Assembly: GCA_965203015.1 (NCBI GenBank)
Contig: CBDBBM010000005.1
Location: 93,631-157,630, forward strand
DNA from: Chloroflexota bacterium
GTDB taxonomy: Bacteria; Chloroflexota; UBA11872; VXNJ01
Length of the DNA stretch: 64,000 nt
Direction of reading: 5' to 3'
In this document: positions 48,903 to 56,881 of the stretch, piece by piece
How positions within the stretch are numbered: the first letter of the stretch is position 1
Layout of the letters: every line of letters starts with the position of its first letter
The notes under the pieces: model-generated
What the model saw: only the letters and a program-made list of their open reading frames with translations
What the model was told of the DNA's origin: nothing
Database searches by the model: none
Translations under genes and position numbers: made by a program

Positions 48903-49936
48903 CTGCGTCCGCCGTCGCGGCTGCGGTAGAGGTTGCCGGAGACATCGACCGCCCAGACGATCTGGTGGTGCCGCCCATCCCCGTACACCGCCCGCGCGGC
49001 GATTCCGCCCGGCAGCGGCGCCCACGCGGCTCCCCCGTCCAGGGAGCGGTAAAGGCCCTGGTCGGTGGCAGCGTACAGCGCCCCCGCGAACACGCTGCCG
49101 GCCGCGCCGGCGGTGCTGTCGCCGCTGTCGGGGTCGTAATCGATGTCGAATATCCGCGCCGTCGGCAGGGCCCCGTTGACGAACCCGTTGGCCCCGCCCC
49201 AGCCGGCATCGCCGTCCCCGACCAGGACGCCCTGGATGGACGTCGCCGCCCAGATCCGGGCGTCGGCGTCGCTGGGCGAGAGCGCCTGCAGGCCCTCCGG
49301 CGCCCCGGCCCGCCCCCCGCGCCAGCTGGCCCCGCCGTCTTCGGATATGAAAAGCCGCCCAGCCGCATCGGCCGCCGCGACGCGGGCCCCGCTGCGCGAG
49401 GATCCGATTACCGTAATTCCATCCGGCAGCGGCAGGGACTGGCGCTGCGAACCGATCCAGCGGGCCCCGTCGGCCCCGAGGGTCCCCGACCCGGCCCCGG
49501 CCGCGATCGGAAGGGTCTCCTCCCGGGCGCGCCGCAGGTCGGGCGCCAGCGGCGGCGCGGTCCATACGCCGTCACCGGCGCCCACCACCAGGAACTGCCC
49601 GTCGGCGGTCACGAAGAGGTCGGGGGTCGGGGCCGATTCGAGCCGCGCCACCGGGTCGGCCCGGACCGGCGCATCGGTCCGCAGCGCGGCCGCCGCCAGC
49701 AGGACCGCCAGGGCGACGAAAGCGAGCGATCCGGCCAGACCCAGCAGCTGCCCCCGGTTCACCCGCGCCCGGCGCGGGCGGGCCGGCCGCGGCCGGGGCG
49801 GCCGGGTCAGTTTTTCGAGATGGTCCGGCCCCAGGCGCGGCGCCGCGGGGGCCGGGGATCCGAGCAGGGGCTCGAGCGCGATCCCGAGTGCGACCAGGGT
49901 GGTGAGCCCCAGCAGGGCGGCGAAGTAGACGGTCAC
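48893..49936 (-). CDS. BNR/Asp-box repeat beta-propeller protein (Ycf48-like), membrane anchored
   Basis: Repeated S-x-D-G-G-x-x-W motifs (SEDGGASW, SLDGGAAW, SRDGGRSW). GTG start overlapping the ccmH stop (GTGA). Confidence 0.55.
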   Translation of the reverse strand: MTVYFAALLGLTTLVALGIALEPLLGSPAPAAPRLGPDHLEKLTRPPRPRPARPRRARVNRGQLLGLAGSLAFVALAVLLAAAALRTDAPVRADPVARLESAPTPDLFVTADGQFLVVGAGDGVWTAPPLAPDLRRAREETLPIAAGAGSGTLGADGARWIGSQRQSLPLPDGITVIGSSRSGARVAAADAAGRLFISEDGGASWRGGRAGAPEGLQALSPSDADARIWAATSIQGVLVGDGDAGWGGANGFVNGALPTARIFDIDYDPDSGDSTAGAAGSVFAGALYAATDQGLYRSLDGGAAWAPLPGGIAARAVYGDGRHHQIVWAVDVSGNLYRSRDGGRSWA

Positions 49937-50337
49937 TCGCGCCGCCGGCGCCGGCCGGGACGGAAGAAATCGAACCGGCTGGCGGCGATGGCCAGGCCGG
50001 CCGCCACGATCGCCACCGGACCGATCCACACCCACAGCTGCGGTCCCGATTTGGGCGGGTCGAGCAGGATTTCCTCGCCGTAGCGCTCGACCATGAATTC
50101 GATCACCTGCGCCTCGCTGCGGCCGCGCCGCAGCTGCTCGGATATCGCGGCCCGCATCTGCACCGCCAGTTCGGCGCCCGAATCCTTGACGCTCTGGCCC
50201 GCGCAGACCGGACAGGCGAGCTTGCCGGCTATCGCCCAGGTCTTTTCCTGCAGCAGATCTTCGTCGGCGGGGCCCTGGCCGGTCAGGGCCAGCAGCAGCC
50301 CGGCAAGCAGCAGCGCTGCCGTCAGACGCCGCGCCAT
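49933..50337 (-). CDS. ccmH: Cytochrome c-type biogenesis protein CcmH
   Basis: Signal/TM then LACPVCAGQSVKDS (LRCxxC-type motif), C-terminal TM. Confidence 0.7.
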   Translation of the reverse strand: MARRLTAALLLAGLLLALTGQGPADEDLLQEKTWAIAGKLACPVCAGQSVKDSGAELAVQMRAAISEQLRRGRSEAQVIEFMVERYGEEILLDPPKSGPQLWVWIGPVAIVAAGLAIAASRFDFFRPGRRRRRE

Positions 50338-52316
50338 GCCTGCCAGGCCAGAGACTTGTCGCCGGATTCCCGCGCCGCCGCCGCCAGGCGCGGGACCGCG
50401 CCCGGCCAGAAAACGATCAACACGCCGAGGAAGAAGACCAGGCCGCCCACCCACATCCAGCCGATTGCGGGATTGACCAGCACCCGCAGGCTGACCTGCT
50501 CAAAACCGTCCCCCCAGCCCGAGAGCACCACGTAGACATCGCTCAGCTGCGGAAAACTGGTGCGGATCCCGACGTCGGACACCGGCTGGCTCTCCCAGCC
50601 GCGGTGCACCCGCCGCCCGGCCACCAATTCGTCGACCCGGCCGGCGGCGGCAACGTCGAACCGGGCGTCGACGTGGGTGACGCCGCCGCGCACGAAACTG
50701 TCCGCCCCGCGGTAGGTGATCTGATACTGCCCGACACTGGCCGACTCGTTAAGCCCCAGGGTTACGGCCCGCTCGGTCCCGAATCCGCTGGCCCCGACCG
50801 CCCCCACCGCCACCAGCACCACGCCAAGGTGCACCACGTAGCCGCCCCAGCGCCTCCGCTCGCCCGCAAACCGCCGCCAGGCCGCGGCCGGGCCGCGCCG
50901 CAGGGGGCCGGCGATCTCGACCGCCACCGCCGCCGCCGTAAAGGCGCAGGCGCCGACCGCCACCAGCAGCAGGGCCTGCGATATGCCCGAGAGCAGGAAG
51001 GCCGCGCTCACCAGCCCGCCGGCCAGCAGGGCCGGCGCCAGGCGCCGGACGAACGCCCGTCCCGCCGTCCTGCGCCAGGCCAGCAGCGGCCCCACCCCGG
51101 CCAGTATCACTAGACCGACCAGCAGCGGGGCGTTGACCTGGCCGTAGTAGGGAGCTCCGACCGCGACCTGGCGCCCGGTCAGGAGCTCGGAAATCAGCGG
51201 GAATATGGTGCCCCAGAAGGTGGTCGCGGCCAGCGACGCCAGCAACAGGTTGTTCAGCAGAAATCCCGATTCGCGCGAGCCGACCGATTCAAATCGCCGC
51301 GAGCTGGCCAGCAGCGGGGCCCGGTAGAGGATCAGCAGCACCGCGACCGTGAGCAGCACTCCGAACCAGACGAAAAAGTAGGGACCGATCAGCGACTGGG
51401 CGAACGAATGCACCGAGGTCAAGACCCCGGACCGGACGATGAAGGTGCCAAATATCGCCAGCACGTAGCAGAGCAGGCAGAGGGCGATGTTCCAGGTCTT
51501 GAGCATCCCGCGCCGCTCCTGGACCATCGCCGAATGCAGATAGGCGGTGGCCAGCAGCCAGGGGATCAGGGCCACGTTCTCCACCGGGTCCCAGCCCCAG
51601 AACCCTCCCCAGCCCAGGACGCGGTAGGCCCACCATGCGCCCAGGATCAGCCCGGCCGCCTGCAACGACCAGGCCAGCAGCATCCACGGCCGGTTCAGGG
51701 CCAGCCAGGCCGAACCGACCTGGCCGGTGGCCAGGGCCGCGACCGCGATCGCAAACGGGGTCACGAAACTCACGTATCCGGCGGTGAGCAGCGGCGGGTG
51801 AATCTGCATCGCCAGGTCCCAGAGCAGGGGGTTCAGGCCCCGCCCGTCGGCCGGGGCCGGGACCAGGCGTTCGAACGGCGAACTCTCGAACGAAAGTACG
51901 GCCAGAAAGAAGAGCAGCACCGCCCCCACGACCAGCGCGACATAGGGTCCGAAGGCGGGCCGGCGGCGCCAGATGAGCGGAACCGCGATGCCGGCATGCA
52001 GCGAGGTCAGCCAGGCCCAGAGCAGGAGCGAACCGGCCTGGCCGCCCCAGATCGCGGCAAACGTCAGGCCGGGCGGCATGCCCAGCGCGGAGGTTTCGGC
52101 CACCGCCGAAATCGAAAAATCCGAGGTGATGAACCCGGCCGCCAGGACCGCCATGGCCAGGGTCGTTGCCAAGCCGGCCCCGACAAGGGCGCCGCGGGCC
52201 GAGCGGGCCAGGCGGTCGTCGCGCAGCCAGACCGCAAGCCCCGACCCGCCGACCCCGTAGCAGGTCAGCGCCAGGGCCAGCAGCAGCGAGAGTCGACCGA
52301 GTGCGGCTAGGTCCAA
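50322..52316 (-). CDS. ccmF: Cytochrome c-type biogenesis protein CcmF (heme lyase)
   Basis: 664 aa polytopic, WWD domain WGGFWGWDPVEN. Confidence 0.9.
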   Translation of the reverse strand: MDLAALGRLSLLLALALTCYGVGGSGLAVWLRDDRLARSARGALVGAGLATTLAMAVLAAGFITSDFSISAVAETSALGMPPGLTFAAIWGGQAGSLLLWAWLTSLHAGIAVPLIWRRRPAFGPYVALVVGAVLLFFLAVLSFESSPFERLVPAPADGRGLNPLLWDLAMQIHPPLLTAGYVSFVTPFAIAVAALATGQVGSAWLALNRPWMLLAWSLQAAGLILGAWWAYRVLGWGGFWGWDPVENVALIPWLLATAYLHSAMVQERRGMLKTWNIALCLLCYVLAIFGTFIVRSGVLTSVHSFAQSLIGPYFFVWFGVLLTVAVLLILYRAPLLASSRRFESVGSRESGFLLNNLLLASLAATTFWGTIFPLISELLTGRQVAVGAPYYGQVNAPLLVGLVILAGVGPLLAWRRTAGRAFVRRLAPALLAGGLVSAAFLLSGISQALLLVAVGACAFTAAAVAVEIAGPLRRGPAAAWRRFAGERRRWGGYVVHLGVVLVAVGAVGASGFGTERAVTLGLNESASVGQYQITYRGADSFVRGGVTHVDARFDVAAAGRVDELVAGRRVHRGWESQPVSDVGIRTSFPQLSDVYVVLSGWGDGFEQVSLRVLVNPAIGWMWVGGLVFFLGVLIVFWPGAVPRLAAAARESGDKSLAWQAWRGV

Positions 52317-52350
52317 GCGCGCTCCAGCTTCCAGATCGCAGAGACCGGCA

Positions 52351-52545
52351 TCAATCCGGCCGGCGCCGGCCCGCCGTCAGCCTTTTTCGCCGGGCCGCCC
52401 GGGGCAATCCCCGGCACGGCGGTCGGGATCGGATGCGAGCGCCCGAATCCGGCCCCTGGCGTAGACCGCCCCAGCCGGCCACTCCAAGAAAGAACGTAAG
52501 GTAGGCGATCGCCAGCATCAGCAGGTTCGAGTCCCAGGCCGGCAT
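52351..52545 (-). CDS. ccmD: CcmD-like small single-TM protein
   Basis: 64 aa, TM LLMLAIAYLTFFLGVAGW. Located between ccmC and ccmF. Confidence 0.4.
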   Translation of the reverse strand: MPAWDSNLLMLAIAYLTFFLGVAGWGGLRQGPDSGARIRSRPPCRGLPRAARRKRLTAGRRRPD

Positions 52546-52546
52546 G

Positions 52547-53233
52547 TCAGGCCAACCCCTCCAGGCGGTCGGCGGCCCGTTCGATTCCCAGCTGCCACCA
52601 GAGCATCAGGCCCCAGACCAGCATCACCGCGGCGGCCGCCCCGATGAGGGTGTACGCCATCGCCGGCGGCAGTCCCGGTGAATCCGGTGCAATCACCGTT
52701 GGCTGCGGGTGCAGGGTGCGCCACCAGTAGGCCGACATGTAGTTGACCGGCACGATGACCGCGCCCAGGATCCCGATGTAGGCGGCCAGGCGGCCGCGGC
52801 GCCGCGGGTCATCTATCCAGCCGCGCAGCAGCAGGTAGCCGGCCTGGACGAACCAGAGCACCAGGGTGGTCGTCAGCCTGGCGTCCCAGGTCCACCAGAC
52901 CCCCCAGACCGCCCGGCCCCAGACCGCCCCGGTCGCCAGCACGATGGTGGTGAACACCACCCCGACGATGGCGGCCGAGCGGGCCAGCCGGTCGGCGCCG
53001 GCGCCGCGGCCGGCAAGCACCGCGACGCTGGCGGCGGCGGTGACCAGGAATGAGACATAGGCCGCCAGCGCGGTTCCGACGTGGATGTAGAGGACCCGCT
53101 GGACCTCGCCCTGCACCGCCTCGCGCGGCGCGTAGAAAAATATCGCGGCCAGCGCGCCCAGCAGCGCCAGCGCGGTGACCGCGATGAAGGGCGCTGGCGG
53201 GGCGGTCTTGCTACTCAACCAGGATCTCCTCAA
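52547..53233 (-). CDS. ccmC: Heme exporter protein CcmC
   Basis: WD motif WGVWWTWDARLT. Confidence 0.85.
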   Translation of the reverse strand: MRRSWLSSKTAPPAPFIAVTALALLGALAAIFFYAPREAVQGEVQRVLYIHVGTALAAYVSFLVTAAASVAVLAGRGAGADRLARSAAIVGVVFTTIVLATGAVWGRAVWGVWWTWDARLTTTLVLWFVQAGYLLLRGWIDDPRRRGRLAAYIGILGAVIVPVNYMSAYWWRTLHPQPTVIAPDSPGLPPAMAYTLIGAAAAVMLVWGLMLWWQLGIERAADRLEGLA

Positions 53234-54668
53234 TTGCCAGGATTGAAACTGCGCCGATCAGGGCCGCGTAGGCAACCCCCAGGCCGGCCGCCTGCAGGGT
53301 CTGCAAAACACTAGTCTGGCCGATCGCTTGCGGCGCCGTCAGGACCCCGGCCAGCACCACCGGCAGGACCGCCGGCAGCATGAGCAGCGGGCCCAGGACG
53401 GCCCGGGCCGAGACCATGGCCAGCAGGGCGCCATATGCGGCCGCGACCGCCGCCAGCGCCAGCGCCCCGGCGCCGGCCAGCAGGATCATCGCCGGGGTCA
53501 GCAGGTTGGTCTCGAAGAAAAAACTGGCCGCCGCCAGCCCCAAAAGCGCGGTCGGCAGGAGCCGCACCAGCTGGGTGATGGTCTGCGTGACCAGCACCGC
53601 CGGGCGCGAAACGGGGAGCGCCAGCAGCAGCTCCAGCGATCCGGCCTGGCGCAGCTGCGGGAAACCGTAGTGGGCCCCGGTCACGGTCGCAAACACCATC
53701 GAAGCCCAGAATCCGCCGACCGCGGCGTCGGCCGCATCCGCGAATGGAGTCTGCAGGGCCAGGCTCACGGTCAGCATGATCAGGACCGCGAACGCCAGCA
53801 GCGCGCCGATGTCGCGGCGCGACCGCCAGGCCTGCGCAAGCTCCATCCGCGAAAGCGCCAGCACGTCCCGCCAGCGCCCGATCGCGGGCGGGCCGGACGT
53901 CGGCGGCCGGGCCCGGGTTCCCGGCGCCTGGGGCTGGCCGCCGGCGGCCTCGGCCTGAGCCCGGACCGGATCGGTCGCGGCGGCCGGGCGGTCCGAAACC
54001 AGGCGGCCCCCGCGCAGCACGACGACCCGGTCGGCCAGCGCCCACACATCCTCCGGATCGTGGGAGGTCAGGATCACGGTCACGCCGGCGGGAAGCTCTC
54101 CGATATAGGCCCTCAGGGCGTCGGTGCTGGCCCGATCCAGGCCCGCGAAGGGTTCGTCCAGGAGCAGCAGGCCGGGCGAGCGCGCCACGGCCATGGCCAG
54201 TTCCAGCCGTTTGCGCTGGCCGGCCGACAGCGCGGCGGCCGCCCGCCCGGCCACCGGCTCCAGGTCGAACCTTGCCAGCAGGGCCGCCGCCGATGGAGCC
54301 GTCTCAGGATCCAGCGAGCGGACGAAATCCAGGTTCTCGCGCACCGTGGCCAGCGGGTAGGCCCGCCCGCGATGGCCGATCCCGGCGGTTGCGCGGCGCC
54401 GCCGCCAGGAACCGGTCCCGATCCGCCGGCCGCCGAAACTGGCGTGGCCGGCGTCGGGGCGGATCACGCCTTCCAGGATCCGCAGCAGGGTCGATTTGCC
54501 GGCCCCGTTGGCGCCCAGCAGCAGGCAGACTTGGCCCGGCGCCAGGGCAAGGTCCAGCCGGTCCAGGGCGAGGGTCCGGCCGTAGCGGCGCGAGAGCCCG
54601 CGTACCGCCAGCCCGGATTCAGGAGATGGCGGTTCGCCGGTTATGGGCTGGCCCCCGCCGCGCCAAGC
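53211..54668 (-). CDS. Fused CcmA (heme exporter ATPase) - CcmB (heme exporter permease)
   Basis: Walker A LLGANGAGKSTLLRIL lies at 54490-54540, in frame upstream of the annotated ORF start; that start is an internal GTG, the ORF track's leading M notwithstanding. Signature LSAGQRKRL, Walker B LLLLDEPFAGLD, then a CcmB-like six-TM permease half. No canonical start codon in frame upstream (see findings). Confidence 0.65.
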   Translation of the reverse strand, partial: AWRGGGQPITGEPPSPESGLAVRGLSRRYGRTLALDRLDLALAPGQVCLLLGANGAGKSTLLRILEGVIRPDAGHASFGGRRIGTGSWRRRRATAGIGHRGRAYPLATVRENLDFVRSLDPETAPSAAALLARFDLEPVAGRAAAALSAGQRKRLELAMAVARSPGLLLLDEPFAGLDRASTDALRAYIGELPAGVTVILTSHDPEDVWALADRVVVLRGGRLVSDRPAAATDPVRAQAEAAGGQPQAPGTRARPPTSGPPAIGRWRDVLALSRMELAQAWRSRRDIGALLAFAVLIMLTVSLALQTPFADAADAAVGGFWASMVFATVTGAHYGFPQLRQAGSLELLLALPVSRPAVLVTQTITQLVRLLPTALLGLAAASFFFETNLLTPAMILLAGAGALALAAVAAAYGALLAMVSARAVLGPLLMLPAVLPVVLAGVLTAPQAIGQTSVLQTLQAAGLGVAYAALIGAVSILAIEEILVE

Positions 54669-55102
54669 TCATCGACGGCCTTGAATTCCGGTCCGTGCTG
54701 GACCAGCAGGTTGCTGGCCTCCAGCCGGCCGTCCTGCCAGTGGCCCTCGACCACCACCTCCTGGTACTTCTGATCGTCGGAATAACCCAGAAGGTCCGGC
54801 GGGGTCCCCTGGTAGCTGACCGGGAAGCCCTTGGTGCCGTCGGTGAGTTCGAATTCGATCCAGAGCCGCGTATCGTCCTGGCGGATCGATCCGTCGGCGA
54901 TCCTCCCCTGGACCCTGACCGCGCGGCCGGCGAGTTCGTCGGTCTGACCGACCAGCTCGTCGACGGTCAGGTAGTAGACGGCCGCCGACTGGGCGGCCGA
55001 ATAGGCCAGGTAGGCCACCGCCAGGACGATGCACGCGATCGCGATGGCCAGCGTCGGGGTTATCTTGCGCCGGGCCGGCGTCAGGGGTGCCGATGATTGC
55101 AT
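54641..55102 (-). CDS. ccmE: Cytochrome c-type biogenesis protein CcmE (heme chaperone)
   Basis: N-terminal TM, OB-fold core VRVQGRIADGSI...VSYQGTPPDLL, His in LLVQHGPEF. Confidence 0.7.
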   Translation of the reverse strand: MQSSAPLTPARRKITPTLAIAIACIVLAVAYLAYSAAQSAAVYYLTVDELVGQTDELAGRAVRVQGRIADGSIRQDDTRLWIEFELTDGTKGFPVSYQGTPPDLLGYSDDQKYQEVVVEGHWQDGRLEASNLLVQHGPEFKAVDELGAAGASP

Positions 55103-55186
55103 CAGGTCGAGGTGCTCGCCGGCGGAACTTGGGCGGCAGATTCTACGTGCGCGGGCCGGTCGGGGCGCGCCGCGCAGCAGGGTTTT

Positions 55187-55645
55187 TCAGCCACCTTCGA
55201 TCAGCTGCTGCATCAACAGCGACACCGGATACGCCACAAGGCCGATCCAGGCCGCCAGGCCGACCCGGCCGCGCATGAAACGGGGCCCGGAATCGGGCCA
55301 CCGGCGCAGTCGCGGCGGCAGCCCGGCGCCGCCCCGCCACACCAGCAGGAACGCCAGAAAGGCCAGGGCCAGCTTCAGCGCCAGCAGGGCCAGATAGGCG
55401 GCGGTGGCGTTCGGGTCGGCGAGCCGGACGAATACCAGGGCCGCGCCGGTGAGCAGAAAGACGGACACCGAATGCGACATCGCCCGCCCCAGCCGGGCCG
55501 CCAGCGCGGGGCCGTCCGCACCGGTCCGCGGCGCCACCAGGTAAAGGAAAAGCAGACCGCCGCCCACCCAGAACGCCGCCGCCAGGACGTGCAGCAGTCT
55601 TACCAGCAGGATCAGCCCGGCGAGCACCGCCGGGACTTCAGCCAC
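55187..55645 (-). CDS. Hypothetical four-TM membrane protein (CopD-like?)
   Basis: Hydrophobicity only. Confidence 0.3.
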   Translation of the reverse strand: MAEVPAVLAGLILLVRLLHVLAAAFWVGGGLLFLYLVAPRTGADGPALAARLGRAMSHSVSVFLLTGAALVFVRLADPNATAAYLALLALKLALAFLAFLLVWRGGAGLPPRLRRWPDSGPRFMRGRVGLAAWIGLVAYPVSLLMQQLIEGG

Positions 55646-56234
55646 CCATCTCCCGCAGGATATCCCGGGTCAGGTCGTCAAGCGATCCCGGCGAAAGCGG
55701 ACCGACCCAGCGCGCCCGCAGGACGCCCAGGTGATCGACGACCAGGGTTTCAGGGATGCCGGCGACGCCGTACTCGACCCCGACGGCGCCGTCCGGATCC
55801 AGGGCCAGCGGAAAACTGACCCCGTAGGTTGCGGCAAATTCGACGGCGTCATCGTGCTGGTCCCAGAGCCCGACCCCCAGGACCGCCACCCGCGCCGGAT
55901 CGGAAGCCTCCCAGTAGTCCTCCAGGACGGGGGCCTCCAGCTTGCAGGGGACGCACCAGGAGGCGAAGAAATTCAGGACCACGACCCGCCCCCGCAGGCC
56001 CGACATCGACACCGGATTCCCTTCCAGGTCGACCAGCGAAAAGTCCGGCGCCGGCCGGGGATCGATCACGCTGTTGCGGGCCAGCGTGTTGACCCCCGGC
56101 TGCGAGCGCGATTGCTCGCCGAGGGCAACACCCAGGGTCACCAGGAGGCCCACCACGACCGCCGCGCCGAAGAACCCGATCAGCCACTGGCCCAGGGTCA
56201 GCCCTCCGATCCACACCCTGGCGCGGGCCAGCAT
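55638..56234 (-). CDS. ccmG: Thiol:disulfide interchange protein CcmG/DsbE/ResA (TlpA-like thioredoxin)
   Basis: N-terminal TM, WCVPC active site. Confidence 0.8.
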   Translation of the reverse strand: MLARARVWIGGLTLGQWLIGFFGAAVVVGLLVTLGVALGEQSRSQPGVNTLARNSVIDPRPAPDFSLVDLEGNPVSMSGLRGRVVVLNFFASWCVPCKLEAPVLEDYWEASDPARVAVLGVGLWDQHDDAVEFAATYGVSFPLALDPDGAVGVEYGVAGIPETLVVDHLGVLRARWVGPLSPGSLDDLTRDILREMGG

Positions 56235-56242
56235 GGCGGGGG

Positions 56243-56734
56243 TCAGTCCAGTCCCGCGAAAAGCTGGTAGGGCGTCCCGTCCGGGCCGATCATCTCGGCC
56301 GGCAGCAGGACCGGCGGATCGGTTGACAGCGCCAGCTGGGCGACGCGGGCGTTGATGGCGGGCAGCTTGTCGAGTCCGGCCAGGTCCTCGAGTCCGATCC
56401 AGCGCGCCCGGTCGGTCTCGACCCCGTCCGGGGTCGGTTCGCCGGATTCGTAATCGAGCAGGAACACCACGTAGGTGCTGTTGTAGTCGTCGGTCCGCGA
56501 GCGCAGGCCCAGGACCCCGCGCACCCGGGACCTGACCCCGGCCTCCTCCTCGACTTCGCGTATGACCGCCTGCTCAAGGGTCTCGTCGCGCTCGATGAAC
56601 CCGCCCGGAATCTGCCAGTTGCCGCGACCGTAGCTGGATGCCCGCCGGACCATCAACAGCTTCCCGTCGCGAACGACCGCGCCGCCGACGCCGACGTTGT
56701 AGCCGCGGTTGTAGGCCAGGAAGGTGGAACTCAA
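56243..56734 (-). CDS. NUDIX hydrolase
   Basis: Nudix box GGFIERDETLEQAVIREVEEEAGV. Start uncertain: a TTG at 56734 was chosen and the ORF extends further upstream antisense to lon. Confidence 0.65.
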   Translation of the reverse strand: MSSTFLAYNRGYNVGVGGAVVRDGKLLMVRRASSYGRGNWQIPGGFIERDETLEQAVIREVEEEAGVRSRVRGVLGLRSRTDDYNSTYVVFLLDYESGEPTPDGVETDRARWIGLEDLAGLDKLPAINARVAQLALSTDPPVLLPAEMIGPDGTPYQLFAGLD

Positions 56735-56881
56735 CGGGAAACGTCCGTCCGCGGAGGGGGAACTAGGGGTTGGTGGGGGCAGTCCGCCGCCGCCAATCCA
56801 GGCAAAGTCTAGATGTCCATACAGCCGTGGACGGCCACCGGGTTCGGGATAATCGCGAAAATGTGAGCCGGCCGCGAAAAC

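Noticed and set aside
47703-49565. 620 aa minus-strand ORF as a single gene
   Set aside because: The part from 48903 to 49565 overlaps the BNR protein gene in another frame, and the C-terminal third is Arg/Gly/Pro low-complexity. Only the central signal-peptide-containing part (from the TTG at 48902) looks real, joined by a frame change to ORF 47762..48307.
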